A stretch of 63,023 nucleotides of DNA, filler included, from Reticulomyxa filosa (GCA_000512085.1; 19 parts of 19 records of this genome joined end to end with filler, not necessarily neighbours in it), one strand, 5' to 3'; positions 21,513 through 36,103 are shown, counted from the whole stretch's first letter. Notes: generated by a model not told the origin, from the sequence alone. Program-made: numbers and translations.

Positions 21513-23349
21513 CAGCAACAGTAGCAGCAGATGACAGCTATCAACAAGCCGTCCAATATGTGCTTAGCATTCGAGATCGCTTTGCACACAAGCCTAATGT
21601 CTTCCGGCAGTTTTTGTATTTATTGCAAAGTTAAACTCTTTTTTTTTTTTTTTAATTTGTGGACATCGAATGTGTGATTGTCTCACGCAGTGTATCAACG
21701 AGCACATTCAAAGCACAATGCCCAAGAAGAGCAGTTGGTTACAATCGAAATGAAAAATTTGTTTCGGTTACATCCTGACTTACATCTTGTTTCGTTTTAT
21801 TTTGTGTATTTACTTATTTTTAATCAATGGATTTTGGTCAAAATCCCTGCCTCTCCCCTCTTCTCTCTTTCTCTTTCTCTTCTTCCTTTCCCTTTCCATC
21901 CTTGTTGCTCTTTTCCAAGCGTTTCTTTTCACACATAAACTTGAACGGACTTTGTTTGAATGAAATGCACTGTCAGCAATTTTCACAATTCCTGAGAGAT
22001 CAGAACAGCAGGAGTCAAAGCACTCTTCATTTGGACTCGGGTTTGCGTGGGAATGAAACTGCCAGTGTGGAAACACTCAGCGGAAGCAATGAGAACGACG
22101 TCTCTGAAAACAATGAAACAGCGACTACCGTTTCGTCTAGTAGTGCGATGAGTGGCTGTGGCACAAATTATAGCAATGGCAATGGCACAAGCACTTGTAC
22201 TGGTATTGGTGCCAGTATTAGTGCTAGCACTAACACAAACACAAACACAAACACTAGTGTTAGTGCTGAGAATAGTAACAGCAATATCAATAGCAGTAAC
22301 CATGAAGGTTGTGTTGTCGACATTGGCACGTTGATTCCCAATGCATTCTCCAATGGCCCGCACAACACACATTGGTCCGGGTCCATCCCTTTGCAGCCCA
22401 TGCTTGCACCTCGCGTGGAAAGTTCGTTTGGAAGCGTGAAGGTCACAGAAGCAGACATGGCTATGGACAACAAGCAGTTGGCAATAGCCGTAGGCCCGCC
22501 ACCGATGAAACGACCTCGTCTGTCCAATGGCAGTACGTCGATGTCTTGGCCTTGCGTTTTGTCGTCACAAGACACTGTAATGTGCGAAGAAGAAGAAGAA
22601 GAAGAAGAAGAAGAAGAAAAAGAAGAAAGGAAAGGAATTGAAGCAAGAGAAAGACAAAGACAAGGACAAGGACAAGGACAAGGAGACGGAGACAAAGATA
22701 AAAAAGAACAAGAAAATAAAAAAGAAAAAGATGAAAGTAACAGGTTTCCACATAAAAGAGTTTGCAAGAGTTTGAACGAACGAAAGACGATCACAGTCAA
22801 AGTTGCAGCCGCAAAGAGAACAATGTCGTCGAAACGTGTTTTCACAATGTTTGGTGAATTGCAGAAGAAAATACCAAAGCAAATATTCCAGCAGTTTAAT
22901 CTCATGTGTTGCTCCAGCTACACACACCCTAGCTATGAAGCCAATTAAAAACAATACGAGCACTCACAATAATGACAACAAAATACACAAATATATACAC
23001 GTATATGGCATTGACTTTGTCACAGGATTTTGGAAGCAGGGAATTTGTACGGTTTGGAACAATGCAGTTATGAATCGATGGTTGATTCTGTGTACACAAT
23101 ATTGTGTCAGGCAAGTTTCAAAGAATTAGCCGATCAGCTGCGCAACAATCTTGCCCAACACTCTTTGCGTATGTGTGCACAGCAAAAAGACCGCAACGAC
23201 CTGTCCAGAGACGACGCTACCAAAACTACCTGTGCAGGGCCATTGGAGACGATAGTTTTGGAGATCAGCCTTTGCTGACAATGAGAGGGACACATAACAA
23301 ATAATAATTTTTTTTTTTAAGGTTTAAATCATTTTATTACTTTGTGAAA

Positions 23350-23380
<31 letters not shown>

Positions 23381-24966
23381 AAGAATACATCATATCAACG
23401 GCTGCCAGAGCATACAGTGCAACCACATTGCAGCGGTCGTACTTCACTGGCGAATCAAATGCTGAACCATTGGTACGTAAGCAAACCTGTCGGACACGAG
23501 GGATCCGAAAGGCAAGTCGACGGCGTGCAATTCAAAAATCAGTACAAAGATCAGTTCCATCGAAATGAAGATGACATGTTCGAATTGGATTTGATGATTG
23601 AGACCAATCGATCTGCACAGCACAAATTGGAGCTATTTTTACAATCTTGCACTTCCCTTCCTCATTCTTCACATGGTTGGTTTGTTTATCATTGAGCTCT
23701 ATACTTTTTTTTTTTTTTTGTGTTGGGGTGTAGTCTCTTGTTGTTTTCTTGTGAATTGTGTTCTTTTGGTAATAATAAATAATAACAAAAAATATATATA
23801 TACATATATAACAAAGAAAATGATCCCCAAAACACAAACACCCAAGAAGCAACTCAAAAGTTTGACTTGCCACAAGTGGAAAAACGCTGCATTACACGTT
23901 TGTTTGGCAGTAGTGGCAAGAAAGTGTGGTCGTTATTGCAAAAGTCACCTTTACACGTGGTAAACATAAATTGCAAATTCATAAACCCCCCTCTATTCTA
24001 TAATTGATTTATACATACATTTGTTTTTTCTTTTTTTTAATTATAATGTGTGTGTGTGTGTGTGTGTGTGCAATATATGACGATGTCCAGATTCCAATAA
24101 TATTGAAACGATTGTATGAAAAGGAAAAAGAGTGGGAAAATTTGAGGTCAGAAATGAAACCGACGTGGCAAACAGAGGCGGCCACTTATTATTATAAAGC
24201 TCATGATTATTGCTTTACTGTTTTCAAATCCTTTGAGGAAAAACGATTGCTACCTAAAAGTTAATCAACTGTCAAGTTACCTTTTTTTTTTTCTTGCATG
24301 CTGTTTGTCTACTCTGATGATTGAATTTTGTATGTACACATATAAATATGTATATGATTACATAAGTTATTTTTTAAAAAAATAACCGTGTTGTGTATAT
24401 ATTTATATACATATATGCAAAGTATAGAAACGTATACTCATGCTATTCTTTGATTTAAAAACAAAACCAATGGATAGGCTTGACTCAAGAAATAAAAAAA
24501 CGACGCAAAAGTACAAACAATTGGAATGAAAAAGAGTTGGAGGAGAGAATGTCACAAAATGAAGGAGTGAGTGCACATGGAGAGCAAAGTCCGTCATCTC
24601 TAAGCTCACCTACATTTGCAGTACAAATATCGGCAAGTCAGGACAACACAATTTCTTCTCAAGATACCTATCATTCACTTTCTTCCAAAGTTGGGTTTTT
24701 TTCTATTTATTTACATAAATGTATCACTGTGACGGAGTATAATCCTAGCAGCTCTCTCAAATGACACGGCACACACACAACACAGAACGATGCGAAAAGG
24801 AAATGGACACAAATACAGTAACTTCCAAGTCTTCTTCACAAGAACTGACACAAAATGCAGATGACATTGACAGCTGCAGTGCAACTGCCTCAAGTACAAT
24901 ATCATCAGAAGAAACCGAAGATGATAATAAAATCAACGAACAAAGGGACAATAATAATAATAATAA
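21513..24966 (+). CDS. SIN3: Sin3-like corepressor (PAH and HDAC-interaction domains), partial, multi-exon
   Basis: PAH-like QAVQYVLSIRDRFAHKPNVFRQFLYLLQ...MKNLFRLHPDL. HID motifs EDDMFELDLMIETN and IPIILKRLYEKEKEW...YYYKAHDY...FK. Confidence 0.82.
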
Positions 24967-26229
24967 NNNNNNNNNNNNNNNNNNNNNNNNNNNNNNNNNN
25001 NNNNNNNNNNTTAATTAATTAANNNNNNNNNNNNNNNNNNNNNNNNNNNNNNNNNNNNNNNNNNNNTATGAAAAAGTAGTAACATCGTGCTTACTCAATC
25101 CAAGACAAGCTAAAATATACTTCAAAATGACTTTAAAAAGCAAAACTGTATTTCTTGGTATTCACAGCGTCATTCATAATGGAATGTGATAGTGGACAAA
25201 TATTTTTTTGGAATACCTTCTTGTGAAACATCATTATCAAAAATAATTACGTCGACTGGATATTTCCTTGCAAAGTTGAGGTAATGAATCATGAACAAGA
25301 CAAGCAAAAATGTTTTAAATATATCCATCAAATCTTTTTTTGACATTTTCAATAAAGGCGATCTATTGATTTCTTTTTAAGATTTTGTTTATTTTAATCT
25401 ATTAAATTGGGTTTGATATGGTAAGTGTAAGGTGGTGTTGATAATTTACTTCTTTTTTTGTTTTGTTTTTTACGCGCTAAGTCCTATTTGGATATGGTGG
25501 GCAAACTGGTATTGCAGGTTCAGCGCAAGTATGCGCCTTGCATTCTCTAAAAAAAAAAGTATGAGTTTTGATATTGGAATACCTTAAAACAAAACTGCTT
25601 AATCTAAAAAATTATTCTCAATTTATATTACTTTCTGTCACACATTATGTCTGTTATTTCAATTTAAATTATAATTTGTTTGCTTTTGTGATTGTCGCTT
25701 TGTATTAAAAACAACTTCGCATTGTGTAAAACTTTTACCATATCATTATTATAAACGTTGTGGTAAAATTTACTTAACACCACCCGTTATTTTTTCTTAG
25801 GGCCATTGCTGATATAAAATGGAAAATATTTAAAATAAATTTTAATTTTAAAATGAACTAACAACTTTTATATATCCGCTGTGGATGACAGGTTTTGATT
25901 AATGCTTGCTAAATTTATATCAAATGGGGCCAATACATCCAACTCTTCAGATTTTTCCAATTTGCCCTCTTTTAAAGTCGTTCAATAACTTCTTTGCAAG
26001 TGTCTGGTCTACATTGCAAAATTCTACGCTCCCTAATTTGTTTAATGGTCCTTGTTTTAACAGCAGTTGGTAATACTGTAAATCCGGTGCGGATTGATTG
26101 GATTGAAATGGAACTTTTTTGAAAGCAGCAATAGTTTGTTCATTTCGTACTAAAGTTGACAAAATAGCTATTTTGAAAACATGGAGAAATTGCGATCAGA
26201 TTTACACGGATACACAAGAGAAATTATGG

Positions 26230-27450
26230 GAGATTTGTGCAACTTCCAACTTGAATGAGTTAATGTGATTGAAATATAAAAAATAAGTGTAAAAAAAAAA
26301 TAAAAGATATACATAGATCAAAAGATGAATTTCATTATATTATTGAAATACATGCCAAATGGGCTTGTCTCATTCTCAATCATACTTGGCACTTCCTCAC
26401 AATTGATTCTCTTGATAGAGATGTTTTATCAAATTGTGTATCAGTTAATGAAAGCAAAAACATACAAAATATCTTTATCAATTATCAACTTTTGAATTAC
26501 CTTACATTTCAAACTCACAGGAGTTCAATTCTTTCAATGTTATTTGGAAAGATAGAGATAATAGAAAACATAAAAAGCCATTGAATCCATATTCAATCAC
26601 TTTCAAACAAGGAATGCAACAATTCAAAGATAAATTACGAATGAGAGATCATTTTATAACTGGAAAAGATGAATTATTGTATCATGATGATATTCATAAA
26701 CAAATGGGATATCCACTTCAATTACATGAAATTTGTGCAAATTTTATTGTATTGTGGTAAATTATGTAATGTTCAATTCAGTTATGGTCAAATACAATTT
26801 AGACATCATAATTGGCCTTATTTGGATTGGTATTTGAGGAAGGCTATTGAAATACTTCATTCACATGAAAGAAGAGAAGAAAGTGAAATGGAATTATATT
26901 GTGGATTGAAAAGAGTGAGATTGGAGAATATTAAAGAAATAAAATCAGGAAATTTCATAAGTCATGTAAGTATTTCTGATGATATTCAAGTTACAAAAAT
27001 GTTTAGAAGTAATCAAGGATGTTTTTTACATTTCCATCCTTCTATGAGAAGAGCATTTTCCATTCAAAGTTGTGATGTATCATGGATATTTCCATTCAAA
27101 CATGAACGTGAAATTTTATTTGCAAGGTCTTGCATATTTCATAGTCATGAGGAGAAAACACATAAAAAAAATTTGTAGCATGGAATGCAAAAGTAGGGAG
27201 TGAAGCTGAATATACACAAATGATATTATTGACATGTGTTTTATATGATCAGTACATTCAACAAATTATGCAAATAAGTGCGATGTGGAATCACTCCATT
27301 GATTTAAATCTTATTTATGCAATTTTACTGAGTGCTCAAGAAAAAATTGCTCTAACTATTGAATATTTATCTGCCTTTGAAGAATGGAAATGCAACCAAA
27401 TAATATAAAAAAATATGAAGAAAAGATAAACGAATTTATTGCTTATCAAA
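26230..27450 (+). pseudogene. ADP-ribosyltransferase-fold (ART-like) protein, disrupted
   Basis: LYCGL, FISHVSISDDIQV and FKHEREILFARS line up with the R/STS/ExE motif positions of ART toxins. The reading frame is split into 26669-27178, 27220-27408 and upstream pieces. Confidence 0.6.
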
Positions 27451-28092
27451 GTATGTTGCAGTAGATACGCAATACGGGTTAATCTCTTGTTTACGCGCAT
27501 TGACTATATAAAGTTTTTACAGGAGAGCGTTCAATGTTTTGAATGAATGGAAAAAAACGGTCAATGTGTGAGGAATTCATTTGGAAGTGAATGTAGTTGT
27601 GCAAAGTACAAAGAGCTAGTTTAATGGGGGATCGCCGAAATTATCGTGCAACAACATAGACTGAAAAACAATAAGTGGTATTATTCTGTCTCTGCGCTTC
27701 TTTTGATACATCTTAAATTTAATTCCAAAGAAAGAGTTCCTTATGAAAAGATATTGAAAAGTCTTTCCTAGCGAATAATAAAAACAATAACAAAAAATAG
27801 CATTGAAATTATTCATGTTATTTTATGTTCAAAGCCAATTGTATGTAAATTCATGACAATGAAAAAAAACATAATTTTGAGTATTTGTTGTAATGTAAAA
27901 TATTTTTTTTGTTCAAAATGATCATAGCACATTCCCCTTTTTAAAAATTTCAACAACATTAACATGGCNNNNNNNNNNNNNNNNNNNNNNNNNNNNNNNN
28001 NNNNNNNNNNNNTTAATTAATTAANNNNNNNNNNNNNNNNNNNNNNNNNNNNNNNNNNNNNNNNNNNNGCTAGTGATAATATTGCTTTTAAC

Positions 28093-28840
28093 TTAAAAAT
28101 ATTGGCCAGTGTATATTCGATCCTTAATATATCGCTGTCCGCCTTTGTCCCGTTCTCTGTCCTCATATTCAACATTTCTGAACTCTTGTCTCTCCCGTTG
28201 CTGCAAATGACGTGGAGAAGAGGGCGTAGTCTTCATGACAACAATGGAGTCTCCGGAAGGTTTGGTGTTCATCTCATGAGATTCAAATTCTCCACCCAAG
28301 TTTTTAACTCCCAAAGACGGCAATTGACCATGGCCTATGGAAGTGCTGTGATTGGGCAAAAAGGCAGGAGATGCATGATGGGCATGCGAGTACGTATCCA
28401 TACGACTGCGAACAGGATAGACAGAGCCAGGAGCGCCGTAGGCATTGGAATGAGTGTGTTCCAAATAAGCATTGGAAACTTGCGAAGGCCGTCCATATCC
28501 ATCGTCAACACTGTTTTGTTGATAATAGTAGTCATTGTCACTTTCATTCGTTTTGTCGTGGTATTTGTCTTTCTTCCGATCGTCGTCTTTGTTCTTGTTG
28601 CGCTTATAGCTGTTTGTGTGGGGCAATGAGTAATGACTACTTTGAGGAGTTGGCACCGAAGGATGCGGCATGCCAGTTGTGTAGTTGCTGTGGCCACTCA
28701 CTGTCGTCGTCGTCGTCTTTTGTGATTCAAAGGATTGTTGAGATCGCAACTTTGGTAACTCGCCAGTTCCATATGTTTGAGGATGCACATGTGTATGCGA
28801 TTGATACGTATAAGCTCTTTCTCCTCTACTGCTTGTTAAT

Positions 28841-28878
<38 letters not shown>

Positions 28879-29142
28879 TACATGCAAAGTGTCAATCCAT
28901 GTGTGTGTGTGACATTACATTATACGTAAAGAATAAAAAAAAAAAAGAAATTGTTGTGACGTGCAACTAAACTTGTACACATGTGGGCCACTTTTGCCTG
29001 AGGAAGAAACGTGCAATCCGCCACTGTTTTGTTTGGTCATCTGCAATGAGTGCTTCGTGTTGATAGGGTCTTTGTAATCATGGTTTTCACTCGTTTGATA
29101 AGATTCAAAGGAATGCGTGTTTTGTAGAGTCAACCTCTCTTG

Positions 29143-29184
<42 letters not shown>

Positions 29185-29758
29185 GTTGTTGTTATTGTTA
29201 TTGTTCCAATCGTTATCTCGATTGCTCTTGTGCTTATTTTTAGGCTTGTGTGATCTCATATGGTCCGTCGGCAAAGATGTGGCATAAGGCCTTTGTGGAC
29301 TGTCCGAATACTCGTTCATCATTCCGCTGCCACTAGTGTTCATATTGTTCTCATTGTTTTTACTGTTAGTACTATAATAGTGCCCAGGATTGTTCGTGGT
29401 TGGATACGTGCCTTTCAAGCCACTATTGTTTGGATTCGACTTCTGGAGCTCTGCTGGCTATGTGCGAGCTTTTGCAAGTTGGGCTGCGAGTGCGTCCCAA
29501 CTCCGCCCATTGCAAACGCGCCAGTGTTTCCCGACTGGCCTTGGTACGCATAACGCGACGCGTGCGGATGATGAGAGGATACATTGTGCATTGCGTTGTG
29601 GTTTATTGTCAATGGCGGATGTGGAGGCACTTGGCGATTGGATATGGAGTTTGGATGCGAATGCGCCAAGCGTACCACATAGCGGTTTTCGTCCATTTCC
29701 GAGTTCATTGGTTCCATGCTTCAGCATTTCAAACCAAAGTCCCATTAAATTATATACA

Positions 29759-29793
<35 letters not shown>

Positions 29794-30753
29794 GTAATAT
29801 TGTTGTCGAATAGAGTTTGTGTGTGTGTGTTTTTTTTTTTTTTGTTATTTGTGTGAATATGAAAAACAAGTAAATAAAAATATACATATATGTATATATG
29901 TATATATGTATATATTAAACTCAGTGTATTGCTCTTCGTGCACAATATCTCGCATGGCATGAACCCGACCACCGCTGATTGGATTGTAGTAATTGGTAGT
30001 GTCGTTGTCACGTATGGGCTGCCTATTGGAATAACCGATGGTATTGGACTGATACGTGTTGCTCTTCTTGAAACTATTTACACTGTATGTACTACCATAC
30101 ACTGTTTGCGGAGTGGCGGATCTCGCCATCTGTTCGTCTCTCTCTCGACTCCTGTCCTTCCCTCGTGGCTCCAATTCATCTGTGTCTATGGGAGTGCTCA
30201 ATTGCATGGCGTCACCATCTCCTTGGTACTGTTCGAGCCCCGTAGTAAACTTGTCGCTATTTTGTTTGTGTCTGGAATCGAACACAAACGGTGGTCTTTG
30301 TCTCTCGGCGTCGCGTTTGATTTCTCGCGTTGCTGTTGTCCGGTCGACGACTCTGTTGTGTCTCGACTCTCTCGATTCTCTCGTCTCTTTCATCGTCATC
30401 AAGTTATTGTGCAACAGCATATCGCTCGTGATGGGAGGAGGCGTTTTCACGCGCAAATGCCGCTCGTTATTCATATCCACGACTTCGTCATTGGGGTCCA
30501 TCCCACTCCCACGCTCACCATGGTCGCCGTGGTGGTCGTTCTCGACATTGTTGTTGTTGTTGCTGTACTTTCTGTTTTGGTGTACGTTGTCACCGGGTTG
30601 GTTGTAGTGATAACCGTAGTTGTTGTTGTTATCTATTTCATTGTCTTCTTCATTGCCATTACCGTTGTTATTGTGGATATTAATATTGATATTTACATTG
30701 CCATTGCCATTGCCATTGCCGTTGTCAGTGGTCGCGTAATTGGTTGATTATTA

Positions 30754-30797
<44 letters not shown>

Positions 30798-31220
30798 ATT
30801 GGTGTCATGAGCTGTGCCACCGAGCTTGTTTGCATTGCCAGGCAAATTGAATTGGATTTGCTGCGGAGAGGACGGAATGAATTTGTTGGAACTGTGCATA
30901 CGCGACTGCAAGTACTCCTCAATCACTTTGGGTGGAGAAGAAAGGCCTCGACTGCCAATCGTCGACTGTCGATTTCTGGTTATCAATGGCGATGCATGCG
31001 GACTCACAATTTGTGGGCCATCCGCGCCCGCGTTTGAATCTGTTACACAAAGCAATGTATAACACATGACAATTTATCTGTTCAACTCATAAAAAAAACC
31101 AAGACAAAAAAAAAAAATAATAATAATAATGACACGAATGATTTGTTTGAAGGTACATTACACAAACCTTTGTGTTCTTTGTTATTAGTATTATTATTAT
31201 TATTATTATTGTTGTTATTG

Positions 31221-31267
<47 letters not shown>

Positions 31268-32341
31268 TTGACTATTGTTATTTGCACTGTTGTCATTGTT
31301 TTCAGCGGTCAATGTTCTTCCTCGTATTCGATTATACATATAACTGTTATTATTCATCTGTGCCTGTTTGGGCCATTTTTTGAATGAAAAGTACTCCAAT
31401 CCCAACAACAGTTTCATATGCGACAGGTGTCCCAAGCAATACAAAAACGCGTCCCTCGACTCGTCTCTGTACTCGCCATTGTTGTTAGCCAAGTCCGTTC
31501 CATTGTTCCCGTTCGCGTTGCCATTGGGGTTGCCGACGCCGCTGGGCGACTTGCTGCTGCTATTTGCGCGCATGCGATTGCCATTGGCATCGAAGCTGCC
31601 AACAGATATGTCGTCGCCGTGGTTGGGATGGGCGTTGATGTTACCATTCAAGTTGGTGTTGGTGGTGTTCTTCACGTGTCGAGTGCTGGCCTGAAACAGT
31701 TCATTGAACAGCTCATAGTCCGTTGTGTAGTAGTTGCCAATCTTGGCGATCTTCACAAATCCGAGGGATTCGTACAGCTTTTGCGATTGGGTGTGATAGA
31801 TTGGTGCATAAATACCAATCCCATGTTCGTGGGTCTGTGTCTGTGTCTGTGTCTGTGTCTGTGTCTGAGACTGTTCTCCGCTTTTTGGCACTGAGCCTTT
31901 CATTGATGCTTGCCCCTCATTTTGTATTCTTTCTTCTTCTTCATTGTGTTTTTCCAATGGTATGTTCTCGGTCTTGTTTTCTTGCGATCGATGTCTACAC
32001 ATCAAAACATTTACACATATGTTTATATGCATATATGCATATATGTATGTATGCTATGCAAAAAAAAATAATAAAAAAATCCACAAATTACTTTATCCCC
32101 TTCTTTGGCTCTTTTTTTTCTTAACGTGGTTGGATTGATGAACTGCACGATGGTTTTGATCAGCCGCTCAACAACAGGCCCATTTTCAAAGCGCATGTCC
32201 ACACACAGGAAGCCAATTTGCCAAACGCTGTCCGGATACGGAATGCAGTTTGGGTGTGGATATGCCATCACGAACCCAATCACGTCGTAGTCGTCGCCAG
32301 TGATGTCGTCATAACTCTTCTTGTCTGTTTGGAATGTTCCG
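28093..32341 (-). CDS. Large multi-exon protein with a divergent GNAT-like domain and long Asn/His/Ser-rich disordered tail
   Basis: VIGFVMAY...WQIGFLCVDMRF and SQKLYESLGFVKIAKIGNYY resemble GNAT motifs A and B. Successive minus-strand ORFs are separated by TA-microsatellite introns. Confidence 0.6.
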
Positions 32342-32441
32342 NNNNNNNNNNNNNNNNNNNNNNNNNNNNNNNNNNNNNNNNNNNNTTAATTAATTAANNN
32401 NNNNNNNNNNNNNNNNNNNNNNNNNNNNNNNNNNNNNNNNN

Positions 32442-32858
32442 AAAAAAAAAAAAAAAAAAACGTATGCAAATAACCAATGCCATACCAGTTTCATTGTGGA
32501 TGCTGCACAGCGAATACCACAATGATTTTGGACACGATGCAGTGTGATACAAATCCAAATAACCCGAGTAAATGTGCGGCCGTTTTAACGCAGGGTTACA
32601 TTCTTCGTGTGTCCACCGGGCTCCCCATCGACGGCACTTCTCGTCCAACTCTTGTAAACGTTTTGCATAAGTAGGATCGAGGAGGTCGTGAAGTGACAGC
32701 CCAGAACCTGTGCAACAGGGTGGGATGGGGGGCGACGGCGACGGTGAGTGCGAACGCGACTGAGGTACCTCCCCGCTGCTTGTTTCACTTTTTTCTTTTG
32801 ACTTTGACCCAGACGCCGTATTTCGTCGGCGTACAGTATCTTTCTCTGACGTTGCCAT
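32442..32858 (-). CDS. PAQR/AdipoR (HlyIII) family membrane protein, N-terminal exon
   Basis: EECNPALKRPHIYSGY...SLCSIHNETG matches the PAQR N-terminal motif P..I..GYR...S.F..HNET.N. Confidence 0.8.
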
Positions 32859-33846
32859 ATCTTCCAATCCAATTAATGTATTAAACAACTAGATGGAACG
32901 TAAATCTCTTCCTTTCTTCACGAATCCTACTTTTATTAAAAGATAGAATTAACTTCAGGTTTCCCGTAGAACAAAGCCAGTTACAATTTTACATCTTACA
33001 CTTGCACATGTAAATATACATATTTCTTTTTGAAAAAAGTTTTACAAATGTTTCAAAGTGCTTTTCGTTTATGTAAGTTGGTTTCGTCATTAATTATGCT
33101 GAAATTTCCGCTTTAATCAATTAATTTGTCTATTTCAAAAGTTTAATGGCAAAACATATCAACACGACAGTCACGTTGAAAATGGTTTTACAATAACACT
33201 CACATCTACTGTCGATTAAAGAAATTGCAAATATATCATATCTTGATAATGATGTAAATTTGTTACAGTCAAATCATTTGATTGTGTAATCATTCTGTCA
33301 TTCAAAAATCAATTTTTTTGTAAAGAAAAAGTGTTGTTCATGTTACATAAATAGGGTACAAATAGTTTATCTTTTTCTATATGCAAATCATTATGATCAT
33401 TTAAAAAAAAAAAAAAATATATGAATAAAATGCCCTTGACTTGGGCAATAATTGGGCGTATTTTCGCCTAATAAACAAAAATTTGTAATTTAATTATAAC
33501 CTCCAGCACCCCCCCCCCCCCAATAATATCATCACTTAAAGTACACTTTTTATTCTTTATAATCTTAATAATTTGATCTGGTTTTCCATGTGTTAGATTT
33601 ATTAGAATGTAAATTTTAAGTTTATCAGATATGAAACTTATCACAAGTGAACAACTTACATATTTTAAAATTGGATATATGAAAGCATTGACTTTTTTTT
33701 ATTTTAACTTTGCTTTTTAAAAATATGCAATAAAATGTAAAATAACTTTGGTAATTTAAGCAAGAAGATGATTGAAAAAGTCTAAAAACGAATTCGTTGA
33801 GAAAAGGATTTAATCCCAAACAAGGACGTCAATTTTTTTAAAAAAA

Positions 33847-34841
33847 TTATCTTTCGGGTTTTTGTATTCGTTCGTAAAAAGCCAAGGTTGTAAACAATAT
33901 AACATCGGCTATAATATAGCGAACAAACACCCAGACCCAGTTTTCTTTCCACGCAAACTTATTGATAATGAAAGCAACAGCCAAGCCAATCCAAACCAAA
34001 CAATACAACCCGAAGCCAATTACCAAAGCTGTGACGGTAGTTTCCTGTTGCTTGATTAGATACCTAGATTCCTCATCTCCCATTGGAATGAGATCAGTAG
34101 AAATTTTGGGATTTGCAGTCATGGACCTGTCCAAATAAAACATGTCCCCGTCGGGAGTGCCTACATGTTGCACAGAGTTGTGTGTGTCGTGTTCGAACAA
34201 TTGCGGAAACGTTTCGTACAAGGGGTCACTTGGATCATCTCCACGGACGCTGGACTGATCTACCTTTTTTTTTTTATTTTTTTTTTTTTTAATAAAAAGG
34301 ATGGAGAAGGAGAAAGAAACAAACAAAAATTATAAATATATATTTTTTTTCTTTTTGAACGATCCCCCCCCCCTCTGTTTTTTTTTTTTTTTTCCTTTCC
34401 CCCTTTGGCAAAACTTTTTGACTCAGCAAAGAGGTATTGTTGAGTGCTAACAACAGTTTTGACTCTCAATAGTAACATCATCCACATCAACAACACAAGT
34501 ATAGTGATCGACACTTGGAGGTATCCCGCGATTTTAACCGTGTGGGCGGATATTTGCTTGGCGTAGTACATGCCTTCAATGGGCGCTATAATGACGCCTG
34601 ATAGTGACCATAACGTCAACAAAATAGTCCAAAACCAATATGTCTTTGATTGCTTGCGATTTTCATATCTTCCCAATGTCTGCAAGTACTTATTTACAAC
34701 ACGCTTCATTATTAGGGACAACAGAATTGGATTTAAATCATACGTGCATCCGATGTATATTAATATATTTTTCCATTCGTGTCCTGGCTTCAAAAATTGA
34801 CCTGCCCAACTTATGTAACCCACCAACAATAACATTGTCAC
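33847..34841 (-). CDS. Polytopic membrane protein, possibly 7TM-like, 2 or more exons
   Basis: Several hydrophobic helices in ORFs 34260-34841 and 33847-34326, with an intron at about 34264-34412. Family not recognised and start uncertain. Confidence 0.5.
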
Positions 34842-35704
34842 TTTTTTGTTATTATTGTCACACCAAAATCCAATCCGATATAAAATTCATTTTTTATGAA
34901 GTGGATATGGACCTAGGTCATTTTTAGGTGTTCCCTCCCCTCTCCCTTCATCCGACTCTCCTTTGTTTGTTCAAATAAAACACAAGCTCTTCATACCAAA
35001 ACGGATCCTTTGCTTTTTTCGCAAATCTACTTCATTTATCTTGCAACCATACAAAAAAAGTGTGCTAAAAACGCCGAAATAAATACATTTCAAAACAACA
35101 TTTATCCAATTCAGGATTAATATTGTCATTTTCAAATTCACTTCAAACTAAATACTTAAAAGGTTCCAACCACTGACTTTTCCTTTTTTGGTCAGACGTA
35201 ATGTCGTTGAAAATATACACTTTAATCAGATGAGCTGTCATCCAAATTATATTTGAAAGATCTGTAGATCTGGCTTTATTCTTAGGAAGTCAAACGGGAT
35301 CTTGGAACATGCACTTTTTCAATGAGAAAACGAGATTAATCAAACTTTTTAAAATGTGTAATGTGCAATTCAAAAATAAGATAATAAAAAGACAAAATTC
35401 GTCATAAAAGATCTCAATTGTAATACGAAAATATTTTTGTGACTGCGCAAATTGCAATGAAAATAAAATTCACTCAATAAATTTAAAAAAAACAACCTAA
35501 GTGAATGTGAGGCAATGCACTAGTAAATTAACCATAAGTCTGTTTAAATTTGATAGTCACTTAACCCAAAACATATCTTTCTGAAATTTTTTCTCCTCTT
35601 GTTCGTGCCCACTTTTTAAAGTTGTACGTGAAGTTTTTTTTAAACCTATTTTTGTAGTTGGTTCTTGCAAAGAAGTATTTCAACGTGTAAAATTTCAGTG
35701 CATC

Positions 35705-36003
35705 ATGAATTTGGATAAGCAATTGTTTGCAGCAACAAACAAAACTCCAAGCAGGTACTTTGACACTAAGGCAATCTGCCATCTGCTAAGTAAGGGAGCA
35801 AATGTGAATTACGAAGGAAGAATATATAACGCTGAGGGTGGATTCAAAAGCGGATCACCAATACACGGCGTGCTTGAAAGATTGCCCCCAAGACAAGACA
35901 GTTCATACGAGCAGTATATATCGTTGCTGAAAATGATGATTAATAAAGGAGCAGATTTAAATGCAGTCTTGTCCAGTATTTATACTTGCAAAAAAAAAAA
36001 AAA
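35705..36003 (+). CDS. Ankyrin-repeat protein, N-terminal fragment
   Basis: LLSKGANVN, SPIH and MINKGADLNA. Confidence 0.7.
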
Positions 36004-36103
36004 NNNNNNNNNNNNNNNNNNNNNNNNNNNNNNNNNNNNNNNNNNNNTTAATTAATTAANNNNNNNNNNNNNNNNNNNNNNNNNNNNNNNNNNNNNNNNN
36101 NNN

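Noticed and set aside
15483-21600. Apparent insertion of a prophage or bacterial island between eukaryotic cullin and Sin3 genes
   Set aside because: Both junctions are artificial spacers, so there is no evidence the bacterial DNA is integrated in the host genome.
25947-26162. Possible YlqF/RbgA-like GTPase C-terminus (KKLLNDFKRGQIGKI)
   Set aside because: Only a short motif, with no G-box motifs nearby.
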